A stretch of 56,723 nucleotides of DNA from Candidatus Eiseniibacteriota bacterium (lineage in GTDB: Bacteria > Eisenbacteria > RBG-16-71-46 > DASYSL01), in contig DATFWU010000242.1 of the NCBI GenBank assembly GCA_035259005.1, positions 1 to 56,723 of the forward strand, in the 5' to 3' direction. The notes beneath the pieces were generated by a model, which saw nothing but the letters and a program-made list of their open reading frames with translations, did not search any database and was not told the origin of the DNA. The position numbers and the translations under genes are program-made. Shown piece after piece: positions 1 through 18,501 of this stretch (position 1 is its first letter; the number at the start of each line of letters is the position of its first letter).

Positions 1-961
1 CCCCCGCCGAGAGAAACTCGCGCGCGCGGGAGAGCAGGGCCTGGACGTCGGCGGGAGCGTCCCCGGTCGAGGGATCGATCTCGGCCGTTTCCTCGTCATG
101 ACCGGACACCGCCTGGGTGGGCGCGGTGGTCCAGTGACCTCCGAGAGGCGCGTCGAGCGCTTCGCGCGCGACGGCCCCGGCTGCCGGAGGAACGAAGGAT
201 TGACGGGAGTCGAGTCCCTCGACCGCGGAACGTCCGTTGGCGGTCGAGACCGTGGAGACCGAGGGAGGCGCGACGCGGTCGCGCGTGTCGTCCGGCGCCG
301 AAGCCGGATCGGGCATCTTGGCGGTGAGCGCGGAGACGTCGCCGTTCTGGCGCACCATGTCGGCGGCACCCGGGTGCATCTCCTCGGCCCGCGTGCGCAG
401 GCGCTCGGCGTCCTTCGCCTGGCCGACACGCTCGTGGGCATCGGCGGCCTTGAGCAGCGCCTGGGCGCCGCGGAGAGACTCGCCCTCCAGGCCCCACAGC
501 TCGCCCACGCGCTCCCAGGTGTGCGGATTCTCGGGGGTGAGATGCGCGGCGCGGTCGAGGGCGTCGGCGGCGGCGCGGCGCTCGCCCACCGAGAGGCTGT
601 GGTCGGCGAACTGGATGAAGTAAACGGTGGCTTCGGAGGTCAGCCCGTCCTGGGCGTGCAGCTCGCCGAGATAGCGCGTGGTGTCGGCCGTCTCGAGGCC
701 GAGACGGACCATCTTCTTGCACACCGCGATGGCGTTCTTGATGAGGCCCGTGCGCTCGTAGGATTGCGCGGCCTCGCGATAGCGCCTGCCGGCCTCGTCG
801 CGCTGGCCCTTCTTGAACAGAAGGTCGCCCAGCGTGACGAAGACGTAGGGATCGGCCTCCTCGGAGCCGAGGAGCTTTTCGTATTCAGCGACCGCGCCGT
901 CCACGTCTCCCGCCTGGAGACGCTTTTGCGCCCGTCGCTTGATCTCGAGAGTCTTCTCCAC
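1..961 (-). CDS. TPR-like helical-repeat protein, partial (3-prime end beyond the left window edge)
   Basis: The minus frame whose plus-strand triplets start at 2,5,8... has no tta/cta/tca anywhere in 2..961 (checked triplet by triplet). GTG at 961..959 is preceded by GAGGG. The translation VEKTLEIKRRAQKRLQAGDVDGAVAEYEKLLGSEEADPYVFVTLGDLLFKKGQRDEAGRRYREAAQSYERTG... reads like TPR repeats. It is absent from the supplied ORF track, presumably because it has no stop inside the window. Confidence 0.6.
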   Translation of the reverse strand, partial: MEKTLEIKRRAQKRLQAGDVDGAVAEYEKLLGSEEADPYVFVTLGDLLFKKGQRDEAGRRYREAAQSYERTGLIKNAIAVCKKMVRLGLETADTTRYLGELHAQDGLTSEATVYFIQFADHSLSVGERRAAADALDRAAHLTPENPHTWERVGELWGLEGESLRGAQALLKAADAHERVGQAKDAERLRTRAEEMHPGAADMVRQNGDVSALTAKMPDPASAPDDTRDRVAPPSVSTVSTANGRSAVEGLDSRQSFVPPAAGAVAREALDAPLGGHWTTAPTQAVSGHDEETAEIDPSTGDAPADVQALLSRAREFLSAG

Positions 962-984
962 CCAGGGGCCCTCACGCCGTTGTG

Positions 985-2523
985 TCAGGCGGTGCTGGTC
1001 AATCGGGCGTTGACCGCGGCCGAGGCAGCGTCGGTCGCGGTGGCCAGGCGCGCCGCCAGGCCGCGCGCCTCCTTCTCGACGCTTTGCTTATCGGCAGACT
1101 CCCCTAGGGACTGTAGGTTGACTTGCACATTGAGAAGGGCCGACTCGCCGGCTGCCCGGGCCATCCAAGCCGCGCTCCCTGCGTCGGTTGCGGCGTTGGG
1201 GTTGCCGATCACGGCGGCCCGGGCGGCCAGAACCGCCACTTCGGCCGCCCGTTGCGCGGTTTCGAGGGGCACCCGCGCGGCGGCCCAGGTGGCCTTTTGC
1301 AGGGCCTCCTCCCGGGTCCGGGCCTCCTCGGGGCTGGCCTTGGGCAGGCGGCTCGCGGCCAGAACGGCCTCGAAGGCCTCGCTGTCGCGGCGAACCAGGG
1401 CGGCCAGGTGCTCCTGGAGGGATCTGGCCTCGACCCGGATGCGCTTCATCTCGTCATCGACCTCGGCGTACTTTTTCTTGCCCACCGTGAGGCCGGCCAC
1501 CATGTGGACGAGGGTGGCGCCCAGCGCCCCGGCGAGCGCCGCCACCGACCCCCCGCCCGGGGTCGGCGTGGCCTCGCTCACGCGATCCAGAAAATCGCCC
1601 ACGCTCACGCCCCCGCCCGCCGGCGGGCGGCGCATGCGGATCTCGAGCACTTGATCGCGGCGGAAGTTCTCGAGCCGGAGCGCGTGCTCGGAGGCGTCGA
1701 GCAAGGCGGCTTGCGGCACCAGGCCCACCACCTCGCAGCCGGTCACGTAGGTGCCGCGACGGCGGGCTTCGGAATCGATGAGGGCGAGCACGCGATGAAT
1801 GGGCGTGCCGTCGGTGTTGACGAGGTTCATCGACACTTGTGCTTGGCGTCCCTCGCGGATGGCAAAGCCGAGCGCTTTCACATAGCGCAGCCCGCCGTCG
1901 GCGAAGCGGATCGCCTTGGCGATCGCCTTGGCCACCGCGACGTCGGCGGTGGCCAGATTGGCGTTGAAGGCGACCAGCGGGCGGCGCGCGCCGATGGCGA
2001 CCGCACCCGCCGACTCGTGAATCTTCGAGGGGCCGAAGTCGGGCACGCGCTCGGGATCCCGGCCGATCCTTTCCGTCAAGCCTTCGAACTCGCCACGGCG
2101 CACCTCGGCCAGATTCTCGCGGTCGGGACGCGTAGCCGCCGCCTCGTAAAGAAACACAGGAATGTGAAGCTCTTCACCGACACGCTTTCCCAAGCGCCGC
2201 GCCAGCTCGACGCACTCCTCGAGCGTCAGCCCTTCGATGGGCACGAAGGGAATCACGTCGACCGCGCCCATGCGCGGATGCTGCCCCTTGTGGCGGCGCA
2301 GATCGATGCGCTCGCTCGCCAGCTTCGTGGCCCGAAACGCCGCCTCGAGCGCGGCCTCCGGGTCGGCCACGAAGGTGAGCACCGAGCGGTGATGGTCGGC
2401 GTCCAGCTCGACGTCGAGCAGCGTGACGCCGGCCACCGACTCGATGGCCGCGGCCAAGGCGTCGACCACCGCTCGATCACGTCCTTCGCTGAAATTGGGG
2501 ACGCATTCGACGAGGCGCGGCAT
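985..2523 (-). CDS. ftcD: Bifunctional glutamate formimidoyltransferase / formimidoyl-THF cyclodeaminase
   Basis: 512 aa. The N-terminus MPRLVECVPNFSEGRD... is the hallmark start of formiminotransferases. The C-terminal ~200 aa (FLDRVSEATPTPGGGSVAALAGALGATLVHMV) matches the cyclodeaminase fold. It lies directly downstream of hutI. Confidence 0.9.
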   Translation of the reverse strand: MPRLVECVPNFSEGRDRAVVDALAAAIESVAGVTLLDVELDADHHRSVLTFVADPEAALEAAFRATKLASERIDLRRHKGQHPRMGAVDVIPFVPIEGLTLEECVELARRLGKRVGEELHIPVFLYEAAATRPDRENLAEVRRGEFEGLTERIGRDPERVPDFGPSKIHESAGAVAIGARRPLVAFNANLATADVAVAKAIAKAIRFADGGLRYVKALGFAIREGRQAQVSMNLVNTDGTPIHRVLALIDSEARRRGTYVTGCEVVGLVPQAALLDASEHALRLENFRRDQVLEIRMRRPPAGGGVSVGDFLDRVSEATPTPGGGSVAALAGALGATLVHMVAGLTVGKKKYAEVDDEMKRIRVEARSLQEHLAALVRRDSEAFEAVLAASRLPKASPEEARTREEALQKATWAAARVPLETAQRAAEVAVLAARAAVIGNPNAATDAGSAAWMARAAGESALLNVQVNLQSLGESADKQSVEKEARGLAARLATATDAASAAVNARLTSTA

Positions 2524-2532
2524 TGGTTTCTC

Positions 2533-3860
2533 CTATTCGAAGAGGGGCGTGACTTCCGAAGCAGACGAGACCCATTTGCCGCCACGCACGAGACGCTTGC
2601 CGGCCACCACCACGTCCCTGGGTCGTGGGGCGTCGAGGTGATAGGCGAGATCGGCGGCGCGCATGACTCCTTGCCAGACGCAGAAGTCGGCACGATACCC
2701 CGCGCCGAGCCGGCCGCGCGTGCGGCCGCGTCCCAAGCTCGCCGCGGCATTCGCCGTCATCGCGACCCAAGCCGCTTCCGGGGTCATGCCAAAGAGCCGG
2801 CAGGCGAGGCCGAGGCACAGAGCCGGCGAGGTGAGGGTCGACGATCCCGGATTGAAATCGGTGGCGAGCGCGATGGGAACGCCCGCCTGAGCCAGTGCCG
2901 CGGCCGGCGGGCGCGCGCTTCCCCTGCCTTCCATGGTCAACACCGCGCCGGGCGCCAGCACCGCCACGGTGCCCGCCGCGGCCAAAGCCGGCGCGTCTTC
3001 CGGACTCATCCGCTCGAGATGATCGGCGCTGGCCGCGCGCAGTCGCGCCGCAAGCGCCGCCCCGCCCGAATGCGTGAGCTGATCGGCATGAATGCGGATC
3101 CCGAGGCCACTCTCGGCAGCGCGGCGCAAGTAGGGTTCCGCCACATCCACCGGAAACAAGTCCGGCTCGACGAAGACGTCGGCGAACTCCGCCAGTGCGT
3201 CGCGTCGCGCCTGCTCGGTCACCGGCCACGCCACGGCTTCGAGATAAGCGCCGGCGCGGCCCTCGTAGCCGCTCGGCAAGGCGTGCGCGGCCAGCACGGT
3301 CGTGACCACCTCGACGGGATGATCCTCGGCCGCGCGCCGCGCCAGTCGCAACAAGCGCAGCTCGCCTTCGGCCGTGAGCGCGTATCCACTCTTGATCTCG
3401 ACCAGCGAGACTCCCGCGAGCAACAGCGCATCGAGGCGCCGCCGGATCAACCCGACCAGCTCCTCGTCACTCGCCGCTTCCGTGGCTCGCGCCGTGCTCG
3501 CGATCCCGGTGTCGAGGCCGGTCATGCTTCGCCCGCTCATCCGGGCGCTGAACTCGGCCAGCCGCTCCCCGGCAAACGCGAGGTGGGTGTGCGGATCGGT
3601 GAAGGAAGGGGTGACCAAGTCGCCGCAGGCGTCGAGCGTTTCGCGCGGACTCCAGCGCGCGAAGAGCTCCGCGGTCGTTCCCACCTCGGCGATGGTCTCG
3701 CCGACCACGGCGATCGCGCCGTCCGCCAAGCGCTGCACGGCCTCCTGCTCCGGGCCGCCGACCGCCCCGGCGGTTCGCAAATGGAAGATGCGGCGCGGCT
3801 CGGCGTCGACGAAGGGGGTGAACAATTCGCCGGCGTGGATGACCAGGAGATCGCAATCGG

Positions 3861-3864
<4 letters not shown>
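2533..3864 (-). CDS. hutI: Imidazolonepropionase
   Basis: Taken from the 608-aa track ORF, using the internal GTG at 3864 (residue 166: [15 protein letters not shown]...), which overlaps the hutU stop as GTGA. It has the amidohydrolase metal motif [13 protein letters not shown]. The upstream part of the long ORF overlaps hutU and is Arg-rich junk. Confidence 0.85.
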
Positions 3865-5561
<1,697 letters not shown>

Positions 5562-5654
5562 GTCTCCCCTTTCTCGTTCCGCAAGTGGGGTCCCTCTACA
5601 GGCCGCGTGGCCTGGGGAGGGTTCCCAAGGACACCTGCGCCACCAAAGAATTCT

Positions 5655-7240
5655 TCACGGCAGCGCCGCGACGCCGTTCGCGCGCCGGCGCCAAGGATTT
5701 TCGATCGGCTCGCCGGCCTCGGCAAGGGTGGCGCGCACGCCGCCGGCGGCGATCCAGGCATCGAGAGCAGCGAGATCGGGAGCCGGTGGACGGTCGCCGG
5801 CGAGCGTCGGGACCAAGCGGCGAACCGCGCGATGCAGAGCGCCGGTGCCGCGCCCAGGCTCCAAAGGGGCGCGCAGGTCGAGGGCCTGGGCCGCGCACAG
5901 GAACTCGGCGGCAGCCACGCGACGCGCGTTGGTCACCACGCGGGCGAGTTTGCGCCCGGCCCAGGGAGCCATCGACACGTGATCTTCCATGCCGGCCGAA
6001 GTCGGGATCGAATCCACAGAAGCGGGATGGGCGAGCCCCTTGTTCTCCGAGACCAACGCCGCCGCCGTGTACTGCACCAGCATGAGCCCCGAGTGCAGAC
6101 CGGGATCGCGTGCCAAGAAGGCGTTCAATCCGCTTCGGCTCTCGTCGGTGAGCAAGTGGAGCCGGCGCTCCGACTGCGACGCCAGCGTCGCCAGTCCGAT
6201 CGCGGCCACGTCCGCCGCCAAGGCGACCGGCTGCGCGTGGAAGTTGCCGGCCGAGAGAATGCGCTCGTGCCACGGCTCGCTGGGCGAGGCGTCCGCGAAC
6301 ACCAGGGGATTGTCGGTCGCGCTCTCCAGCTCTCGCTCCAGCACGCTGAGCGAGAACTCGAGCGCGTCCAACGTCGCCCCCACTACCTGCGGAATGCAGC
6401 GCAAAGAGTACGGATCTTGGATGCGGTCGCATTCCTCGTGCGAGCGCATGAGCGCGCTCTCGCGCGTGAGGAGTCGCACCTGGCGCGCGGCCCAGCCCGC
6501 CCCGGGCTGACGACGCGCCCGCGTCACGCGCTCGTGCATGGGCGACACCGAGCCCAGCAATGCTTCCAAGCTCATCGACGCTGCCGCCACCGTCGCTTCG
6601 ATCACCAACTCGGCATCGGCCAGGGCGAGCGCGAGGTAGGCGGTCGATTGCTGTGTGCCGTTGATGAGGCCGAGCCCTTCCTTGGCCTCGAGCGCCAAAG
6701 GCGCGAGCCCGGCGCGTGCCAGCGCCTCGCTTCCGGGAAGGCGATGGCCCTGGTATTCGGCTTCGCCTTCGCCGACCAAGACGAGCGCGTAATGGGCGAG
6801 CGGCGCCAAATCGCCGCTCGCTCCCACCGAGCCCTGCTCGGGGACCACGGGATGCACGCCGGTATTGAGCAGCGCGATCAACGCGCGCACCACTTCCTCG
6901 CGCACGCCGCTGACCCCGATGGCGAGCGATTCGGCGCGCAGAAGACCCATGGCGCGTACGGTGTCGGTCGGCATGGAATCGCCCACGCCCGCGGCGTGAC
7001 TGCGCAGCAAGTTGCGCTGCAGCTCGCCCAAGTGCGCGGCATCGATGTGGCGGTTCTTCAGCTCGCCGAAGCCCGTGTTGACGCCGTACACCGGCGTGCC
7101 CGAGGCCATCGCCTCCTCGACCACGGCGCGCGAGGCGCGCATGCGCGAGGCGACCTCGGGTCCGATCTCGACCGCCTCGCGGGCACGCGCCACGCGCACC
7201 ACTTCTTCGAGCGTGAGCCCCCTGCCGTCGATCCGAACGC

Positions 7241-7244
<4 letters not shown>
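5655..7244 (-). CDS. hutH: Histidine ammonia-lyase
   Basis: 529 aa with the MIO-forming Ala-Ser-Gly triad in GSVGASGDLAPLAH. The GTG start at 7244 overlaps the upstream stop (GTGA). Confidence 0.95.
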
Positions 7245-13191
<5,947 letters not shown>

Positions 13192-13192
<1 letters not shown>

Positions 13193-16100
13193 CAGAAGTA
13201 GGTCCTCAAGCCGGCGGTGGCGCTGTGGATCAAGCGGTCGCCGCGCGGCGCGTGGCCGTTCCAGCTGAAGTCCAGGTTGGCGCGCTCGCGAATGCGATAC
13301 GAGGCGTCGATCTTGAAGTCGAACCAGTCCGGCGTGGTGGCGAAGCCGGTCGGGAAGAGCACGGGCACGGTGTCGCCGCGCACCCGGCCCCAGCGCGCGA
13401 GCCCCTCGAGTCGCGTGCGGTTCCCCACCGAATAGAAGAGGTGGGGACCAGCGCGCAGGGCCGACAGGGGCTCGGTGCCGGGAGCGCTCGCCAGGTCCCA
13501 TGACGTGATCCATCCGAGCCGCACGTTCTCATGAAGGAAGCGCGTGCCCTCGAAGGAGACACCCGACTCGCGCAGCTCGCGCGGCACCGCGATTCCTCCC
13601 GCCTGCTGCAGACCGTCGCGGCGCGCTCCATGCGTCGATCCCTCGAAGAGCCAGCGCGTGCCCGCATGCCAGCGCAGGCGGCCCTCGCCCGTCCACGCGG
13701 CGACCAGCGAGGACGCGCCCTGCAGGGCCCGGTCCGTCGTGCCGGTGCGCTCGAGACGCGTGTAGACCTCGAGCCCACCCGCGGGCTTTTCGATCTCGAT
13801 CCGGCCGAGCCAGCTGGTCTGCGTGTAGTTGGTGTCGGAAGCGCTCCTGCTCGGCAGGGCCACGAAGTCGGCGAGGCGAAGCTCGCCCTGGCGCGAGGCC
13901 GAGGACTGGGCGAGCCCCGAGACGTGGAGCGAACGCCAGCCTTGCGCGTCCCCGGCTCCGCCCCAGGGCCTGAGATCGGCGCGGTAGGACAGCCCGGCGC
14001 GCGCCACGGGCACCGCGGTCCCGGCGTTTTCTCTATCGCGCACGTCGTAATCACCCTTGCCCACGAAATTGCCGAGCGAATCGTAAGCGCCCGCGCCCGC
14101 TCCCACGTGCACGATGGAGCGCGTGCGCAGGTAGGAGAACTCGGACGTCCAGTCGGCCGAAGCTTCCTGCGACCACATGCGTCCTGGCGTCTGTTGGTGG
14201 AGTCGCGCGTAGCCGTTGTCGACCCGCCCGGGCCCTGCCGCTCCTTCCGTCCAGCGCCGGCTCGCGCCCAAGCCCCCGCTCACGCCCTGGCTAGGCGCCG
14301 CGTTCAGCGAGAAGCGCAGGTCGCGCGCCAGTCGCGGCAGTGCAAGATCGGGCGAATCGTCATGGCGCACCGAGTAGCCACCACTCCACGACCACACCCG
14401 CTTCACCCCGGAGAGTCCCGCCGTCCACGTGCGATAGGAAAGATTGGACGAGTCGGCGCGCCCCGGGATCACGCGCTCCTCGCGATCGAAGGAGAAGGAC
14501 GGACGGACGAGCGGGGTTCTCGTCCACGCCGCCTGGTAGACGATCTTGTCGCGACGGCCGTGGTCGGGGCCCTGGGCGAGCGAGTCGGGAGCGTCGTCTT
14601 GGGAAGCCACGTGGTCGATGCGGAGCTGCTGCAAGAGCGCCCCCGTCCACGACGCCGTGCCGCGCAGGCGGCGCGACGAGAATCCGTCCTCCGCGTCGAG
14701 CCTGCCGGCTTCGCCTCCCACGGCGAGGCCGCCGAGCACGTAACGGAGTGCTCCCGTCGCCACCGAGCGCCCGGTCAAAGGATCGCGCTCGTCGGTGCCC
14801 CAATCTTCCTGGAAGAACGCGCTGTCCTGGCGCGCCGGGGCGAAGAAGCGCGGATCGCGCCGATTCCAGTCCAGGTTCGCCTCGAGACGCCCGCGCGCCG
14901 CACCTCCCCAATAGAGCGTGGGCGTGGCGGCGATCGACGCCTGCCCCGCCGAGCCCTGGGTGCCGCCATCGCCCAGGTCCGACAACCGATTCGGATCGGA
15001 CGTGCTCCCCGCCACCTCGCCGCGCACCGCGAACCAGGACAAGGGCTGGTAGCTCGCCCCCCCGCCCACGATGCGGTTCTCGCTCGGCAGAGCGAGCTGG
15101 CGGCCGGCCACGAACGCACCCTGGCCGGCGCCGACGTAGCGATACGCCGCGGATCCATCGACCAGCGTCGACTCGGCGTAGGCGCCCTGCCCCTGACCCC
15201 GGCTCACGAACTGCACCTGATACGCGCCCAGGTCGCGGCCCGCGTAGGCGTAGTGCGAGCTGCCCAGGCTATCGGCGACCGCGTTGTAATCGCCGATGCC
15301 GGCCACACCGCCGGGAGCGATGGCGCGCGTCGGATCGTTGCCGGCATGGGCGAGAATCAGCCGGTCGGCTTCCGAGATGGTTCCGATCAGCGGGCGGCTG
15401 GGATCGTCGGATTCGCGGAAGCTGTGGCCGAAGAGCTTCCAGGCCCCGTGCTCGGCCTCGCCGGTCATGGCCAAGGCGGAGCGCCGGTACGCCGTGCTCG
15501 CGATCTCGTAGTCGACCGCGATGCGCGAGGCGCTCGTGATCGGGCGGCGCGAGGTGAAGGTGAGGCGGCCGCGGTCGTAGTCCATCGAGTAGTCGGCGGC
15601 CTCGCCGCGCTGCATGCGCTCGCCGTCGAGCCACACGCGCTCGCTCGACGGCACCACCGGCCGTCCCGTGGCTCCGCTCTCGTCGGGCAGGAGATAGGGA
15701 CCCTGCTTTCCTTCCTCGCCGCGGATCTCGTGGCTCGTGAACTGTCCCTTCTCGAGCGCCACCGTGGTCTGTCCCGAGAAGCCGCCGCCGTGGGCCATGG
15801 CGCGCACCCCGGTCAGCTCGCGCGTCAGCGCGGCGAAGCTTCCGCCCTGGTGGAGGAACGAGAAGTCGCCGAGCGTAGCCGAGGCGTGCGGATTGCGCAC
15901 CTCGACCAGCACGCGGTCGAGCTCGGAGAGATCGAGCGTGCCGCCGGTCTCGGTGAGGCTCGAGTTCTGGTCCGAGAGGATGGCGGTGAACTCGGTGCCG
16001 CCGCCGAGCTTGCCGGTGGTGGTCACGTCGAGGGCCTGGCGCAGGGCGGCGTCGCGCTGCGAGCCGAACTGCACCGAGACCGACTTGTTGCCCGAGAAGT

Positions 16101-16680
16101 GCACCTCGGCGTCATCGGAGGCGGTAGACGGCTTGCCACTCGCCGGGCTCGTGGCCGTGGTCGCGACGGGCGCGGCCGTGGCCGAGGCCAAGAGATCGGG
16201 TGCGGCCGCCAGGCTCGTGTCCGGCGTGCCCCACGTCGGCTTCACGCCGACGAGCCCGGGCAGGCGCACGGGCAGCACGCGATAGCGCACGCGGAGGGTC
16301 TCTCCGGGGTCGAAGGCGGAGAGCAGACGGATGGTACCCGGCGCGCGATCGAGAACGTAGTCGGTGCCCGCGATGAGAAATCGTGAGCCCACCCACACGG
16401 AGTCGCCGCCCTGGGCCAGGAAGGCGTCGGGAAGCCGGTAGAGCGCGGTAAGCGGCAGCAGAGCGACCGAGGCGGTGCGCAGTCCGGCGGTGCTCAGGGA
16501 ATCGGGAGCGATGTCGATCGTGGCGCCTCGCGCGGGCGGCGCCAGCAGCGCTGCCAGGCACGCGAGCACGCCCCCCGCACCCAAAGCCAGGCGCGGACGG
16601 CTCGTCTTAGTGCGCGGCCGGAGTGCCGCGCTCCTCGAGATGGAAGACTTGCACACGATGGTTGTGCGTATCCGCGACAT
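13192..16680 (-). CDS. Very large predicted outer-membrane beta-barrel protein, function unknown
   Basis: The ORF is open from 16722. Candidate starts are ATG 16722, ATG 16680 and GTG 16656, all overlapping the 3-prime end of the NHL gene. It has a signal-like segment RLALGAGGVLACLAALLAPPARG. The body is rich in alternating Gly/Ser/Tyr/Arg. The aromatic C-terminus is ...AGLRTYF. The stop shares one base with the Omp85 ATG. Confidence 0.6.
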
Positions 16681-17665
16681 AGATTCGGCCGGCCCGGTCG
16701 ACCGCCACGGCGCTCGGGCCATCGAGCTGACCCGGGCGTCCGCCGCGTGCGCTCACACGCGCGAGCACGTTGCCGTCGGCCGAGAACACGGTGAGGCGTG
16801 AGGAATCGGACTCGCACGCGACCACTTGCCCGTCGGGCAAGAGACCCACGCCCACGCGGCCCGACGGGTCGGGCCCGGCCAAAGGATAAGCCCGCAGGAA
16901 TCCGCCGAAAGAATCGAGCGCCTGGACGCGACCGTTGCCGCCGTCCCCGACGAACACAGTGCCGCGGCCGTTGACCACGATTCCCGTCGGGTGCTTGAAG
17001 CGTCCCGGCTGCGAGCCGAACCCGCCCAAGGGGCTCCAGCCGCCGGCCAGCGGGTTGAGAACGATCAGGCGATCGGTGGACTGATCGCTCACGTAGAGAT
17101 ACCCCGTGGCCTCGCCGCCGATTCCGGCCGGACGCACGTTTCCCAGCGTCACGCGGGCCTCGTCGCCGTTGAAATCGACGAAGATGGCCTGGAACTGACC
17201 GTCCAGATCGTACTGGGCCACGCGGTCGTTCTCGCCATCCAGGACGAAAAGCCGCAGCCCGCCGCTCACGAACAGGTCGCGCGGCTTGTCGAAGTGCCCG
17301 GTCTCGAAGCCGAAGCCGCCGAACTCACCGAGGAAGACGCCGGCCGGGTCGAAGCGCTCGACCCGGTTGTTGCCCGTGTCGGAGACGAAGAGGCGGCCGA
17401 GGTCGTCCACTGCCACGCCTTCGGGATAGGCCATCTGGCCCGGCCCCGAGCCGTATGTGCCGACCACGCGCTCGAGCTGGAGGCGGTACGGAAGCTGGCT
17501 GTCGGGACCGGTCTCGGGCGCCGGCGCCCCGCGAGGCTCGCCGCTCGTGCCGTGAATCGCCCTCGCCGACGCGCAGCCGCAAAGTCCGAGCGCGGCGAGG
17601 GTGACCACGAGCGCGATCGCGGCGGTCGAGGCGTGCCGCCCGGCGAGGCGCGAAGCGAAGATCAC
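16607..17665 (-). CDS. NHL-repeat lipoprotein (beta-propeller)
   Basis: GTG at 17665 (residue 180 of the track ORF) overlaps the upstream stop as GTGA. It has the lipobox LAALGLCGC and repeated NHL-like units (GVAVDDLGRLFVSDTGNNRVERF, GIVVNGRGTVFVGDGGNGRVQAL, AVAVDRAGRIYVADTHNHRVQVF). Confidence 0.75.
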   Translation of the reverse strand: MIFASRLAGRHASTAAIALVVTLAALGLCGCASARAIHGTSGEPRGAPAPETGPDSQLPYRLQLERVVGTYGSGPGQMAYPEGVAVDDLGRLFVSDTGNNRVERFDPAGVFLGEFGGFGFETGHFDKPRDLFVSGGLRLFVLDGENDRVAQYDLDGQFQAIFVDFNGDEARVTLGNVRPAGIGGEATGYLYVSDQSTDRLIVLNPLAGGWSPLGGFGSQPGRFKHPTGIVVNGRGTVFVGDGGNGRVQALDSFGGFLRAYPLAGPDPSGRVGVGLLPDGQVVACESDSSRLTVFSADGNVLARVSARGGRPGQLDGPSAVAVDRAGRIYVADTHNHRVQVFHLEERGTPAAH

Positions 17666-18498
17666 TCGAGCGGGATCACCCAGGCGAGACGGTGATGGAG
17701 ATCGAGCGGATGCTCGGGCGAGGAGGCGATGGTCCACTCCACGGGCCCGAAGGCGAAGCCCTCGCCGCTCGTGGCCGCGCGGGCCGCCACCTTGGAGGAG
17801 GCCGGCGCCATGCGCGACGACACGATGGCCGCCACGATGCGGTTCACGATCAGGCCGGCGGCGGCGAAGCGCGCGCGCTGGTAGGCGCGCTCGCTCGAGC
17901 GGCGGAGATCCTGATAGTGAGCCCACTGATCCAGGTCTTCCCAGTTCCACGAGTTCGCGCCGGTGAGCGAATGGGTGTTGATGTAGGCGGTGTAGCTCGC
18001 GAAGTCGCCGTAGTACAGGGCGGCGGCGTTGCGATAGACCACGAGCCGGTTGTACTCGTCGCTCGACTGATAGCTGCTGACCAGCTTGCGGTAGTTCTCG
18101 TCGTGCTGCGTGAGATCGATGCCGGCGTAGATCTGCGCCGTCTGCTCGAACGAATGCGTGCGCATGCTGCCCTGCCCCGACGAGACGGCCACCGTCGTCC
18201 ACAGGCTCGCTTCGACTACCAGGAAGGCGAGGCCCACGTTGCGATGACCGGCGTGCAGCGCTCCCCAGCCCGGGAGCACGAGCGAGCGGCCCACCTCGCC
18301 GAGATTGCTCGGCTTCTTCGACTCACTCTCCGAGGCCGGAGCGACCGTTTCCTCGGCCAGCCGCTGCGAGAGATCGGCGGCGGGAAGCGGCAAGGCGAGC
18401 GAAGAAGATGGCAGCGCACGCGCGGCAGGAGCGCACACGAGCAGCGCGGTGGAAACGAAAAGGGCCCGCCACGCACGGGGTCGGAGCCAAACGGTCAT
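17662..18498 (-). CDS. Hypothetical secreted/membrane protein
   Basis: 278 aa, ATG at 18498, signal-like N-terminus MTVWLRPRAWRALFVSTALLVCAPAARA. One hydrophobic span follows an LPGWGALHAG motif. I recognise no family. Confidence 0.55.
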   Translation of the reverse strand: MTVWLRPRAWRALFVSTALLVCAPAARALPSSSLALPLPAADLSQRLAEETVAPASESESKKPSNLGEVGRSLVLPGWGALHAGHRNVGLAFLVVEASLWTTVAVSSGQGSMRTHSFEQTAQIYAGIDLTQHDENYRKLVSSYQSSDEYNRLVVYRNAAALYYGDFASYTAYINTHSLTGANSWNWEDLDQWAHYQDLRRSSERAYQRARFAAAGLIVNRIVAAIVSSRMAPASSKVAARAATSGEGFAFGPVEWTIASSPEHPLDLHHRLAWVIPLE

Positions 18499-18501
18499 GA
18501 G

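Noticed and set aside
96-1654. Track ORFs 96..722 (minus), 98..1654 (plus) and 640..975 (minus) at the left edge.
   Set aside because: Their translations are Arg/Pro/Gly shadow sequence. The third minus frame is stop-free and TPR-like, and 98..1654 also runs antisense into ftcD.
13531-16386. A 951-aa plus-strand ORF and several 100-400-aa ORFs overlapping the giant barrel gene.
   Set aside because: The composition is low-complexity Arg/Gly/Ala/Pro, and they are antisense or out of frame to an ORF that has a signal segment, a beta-barrel-like pattern and an aromatic terminus.
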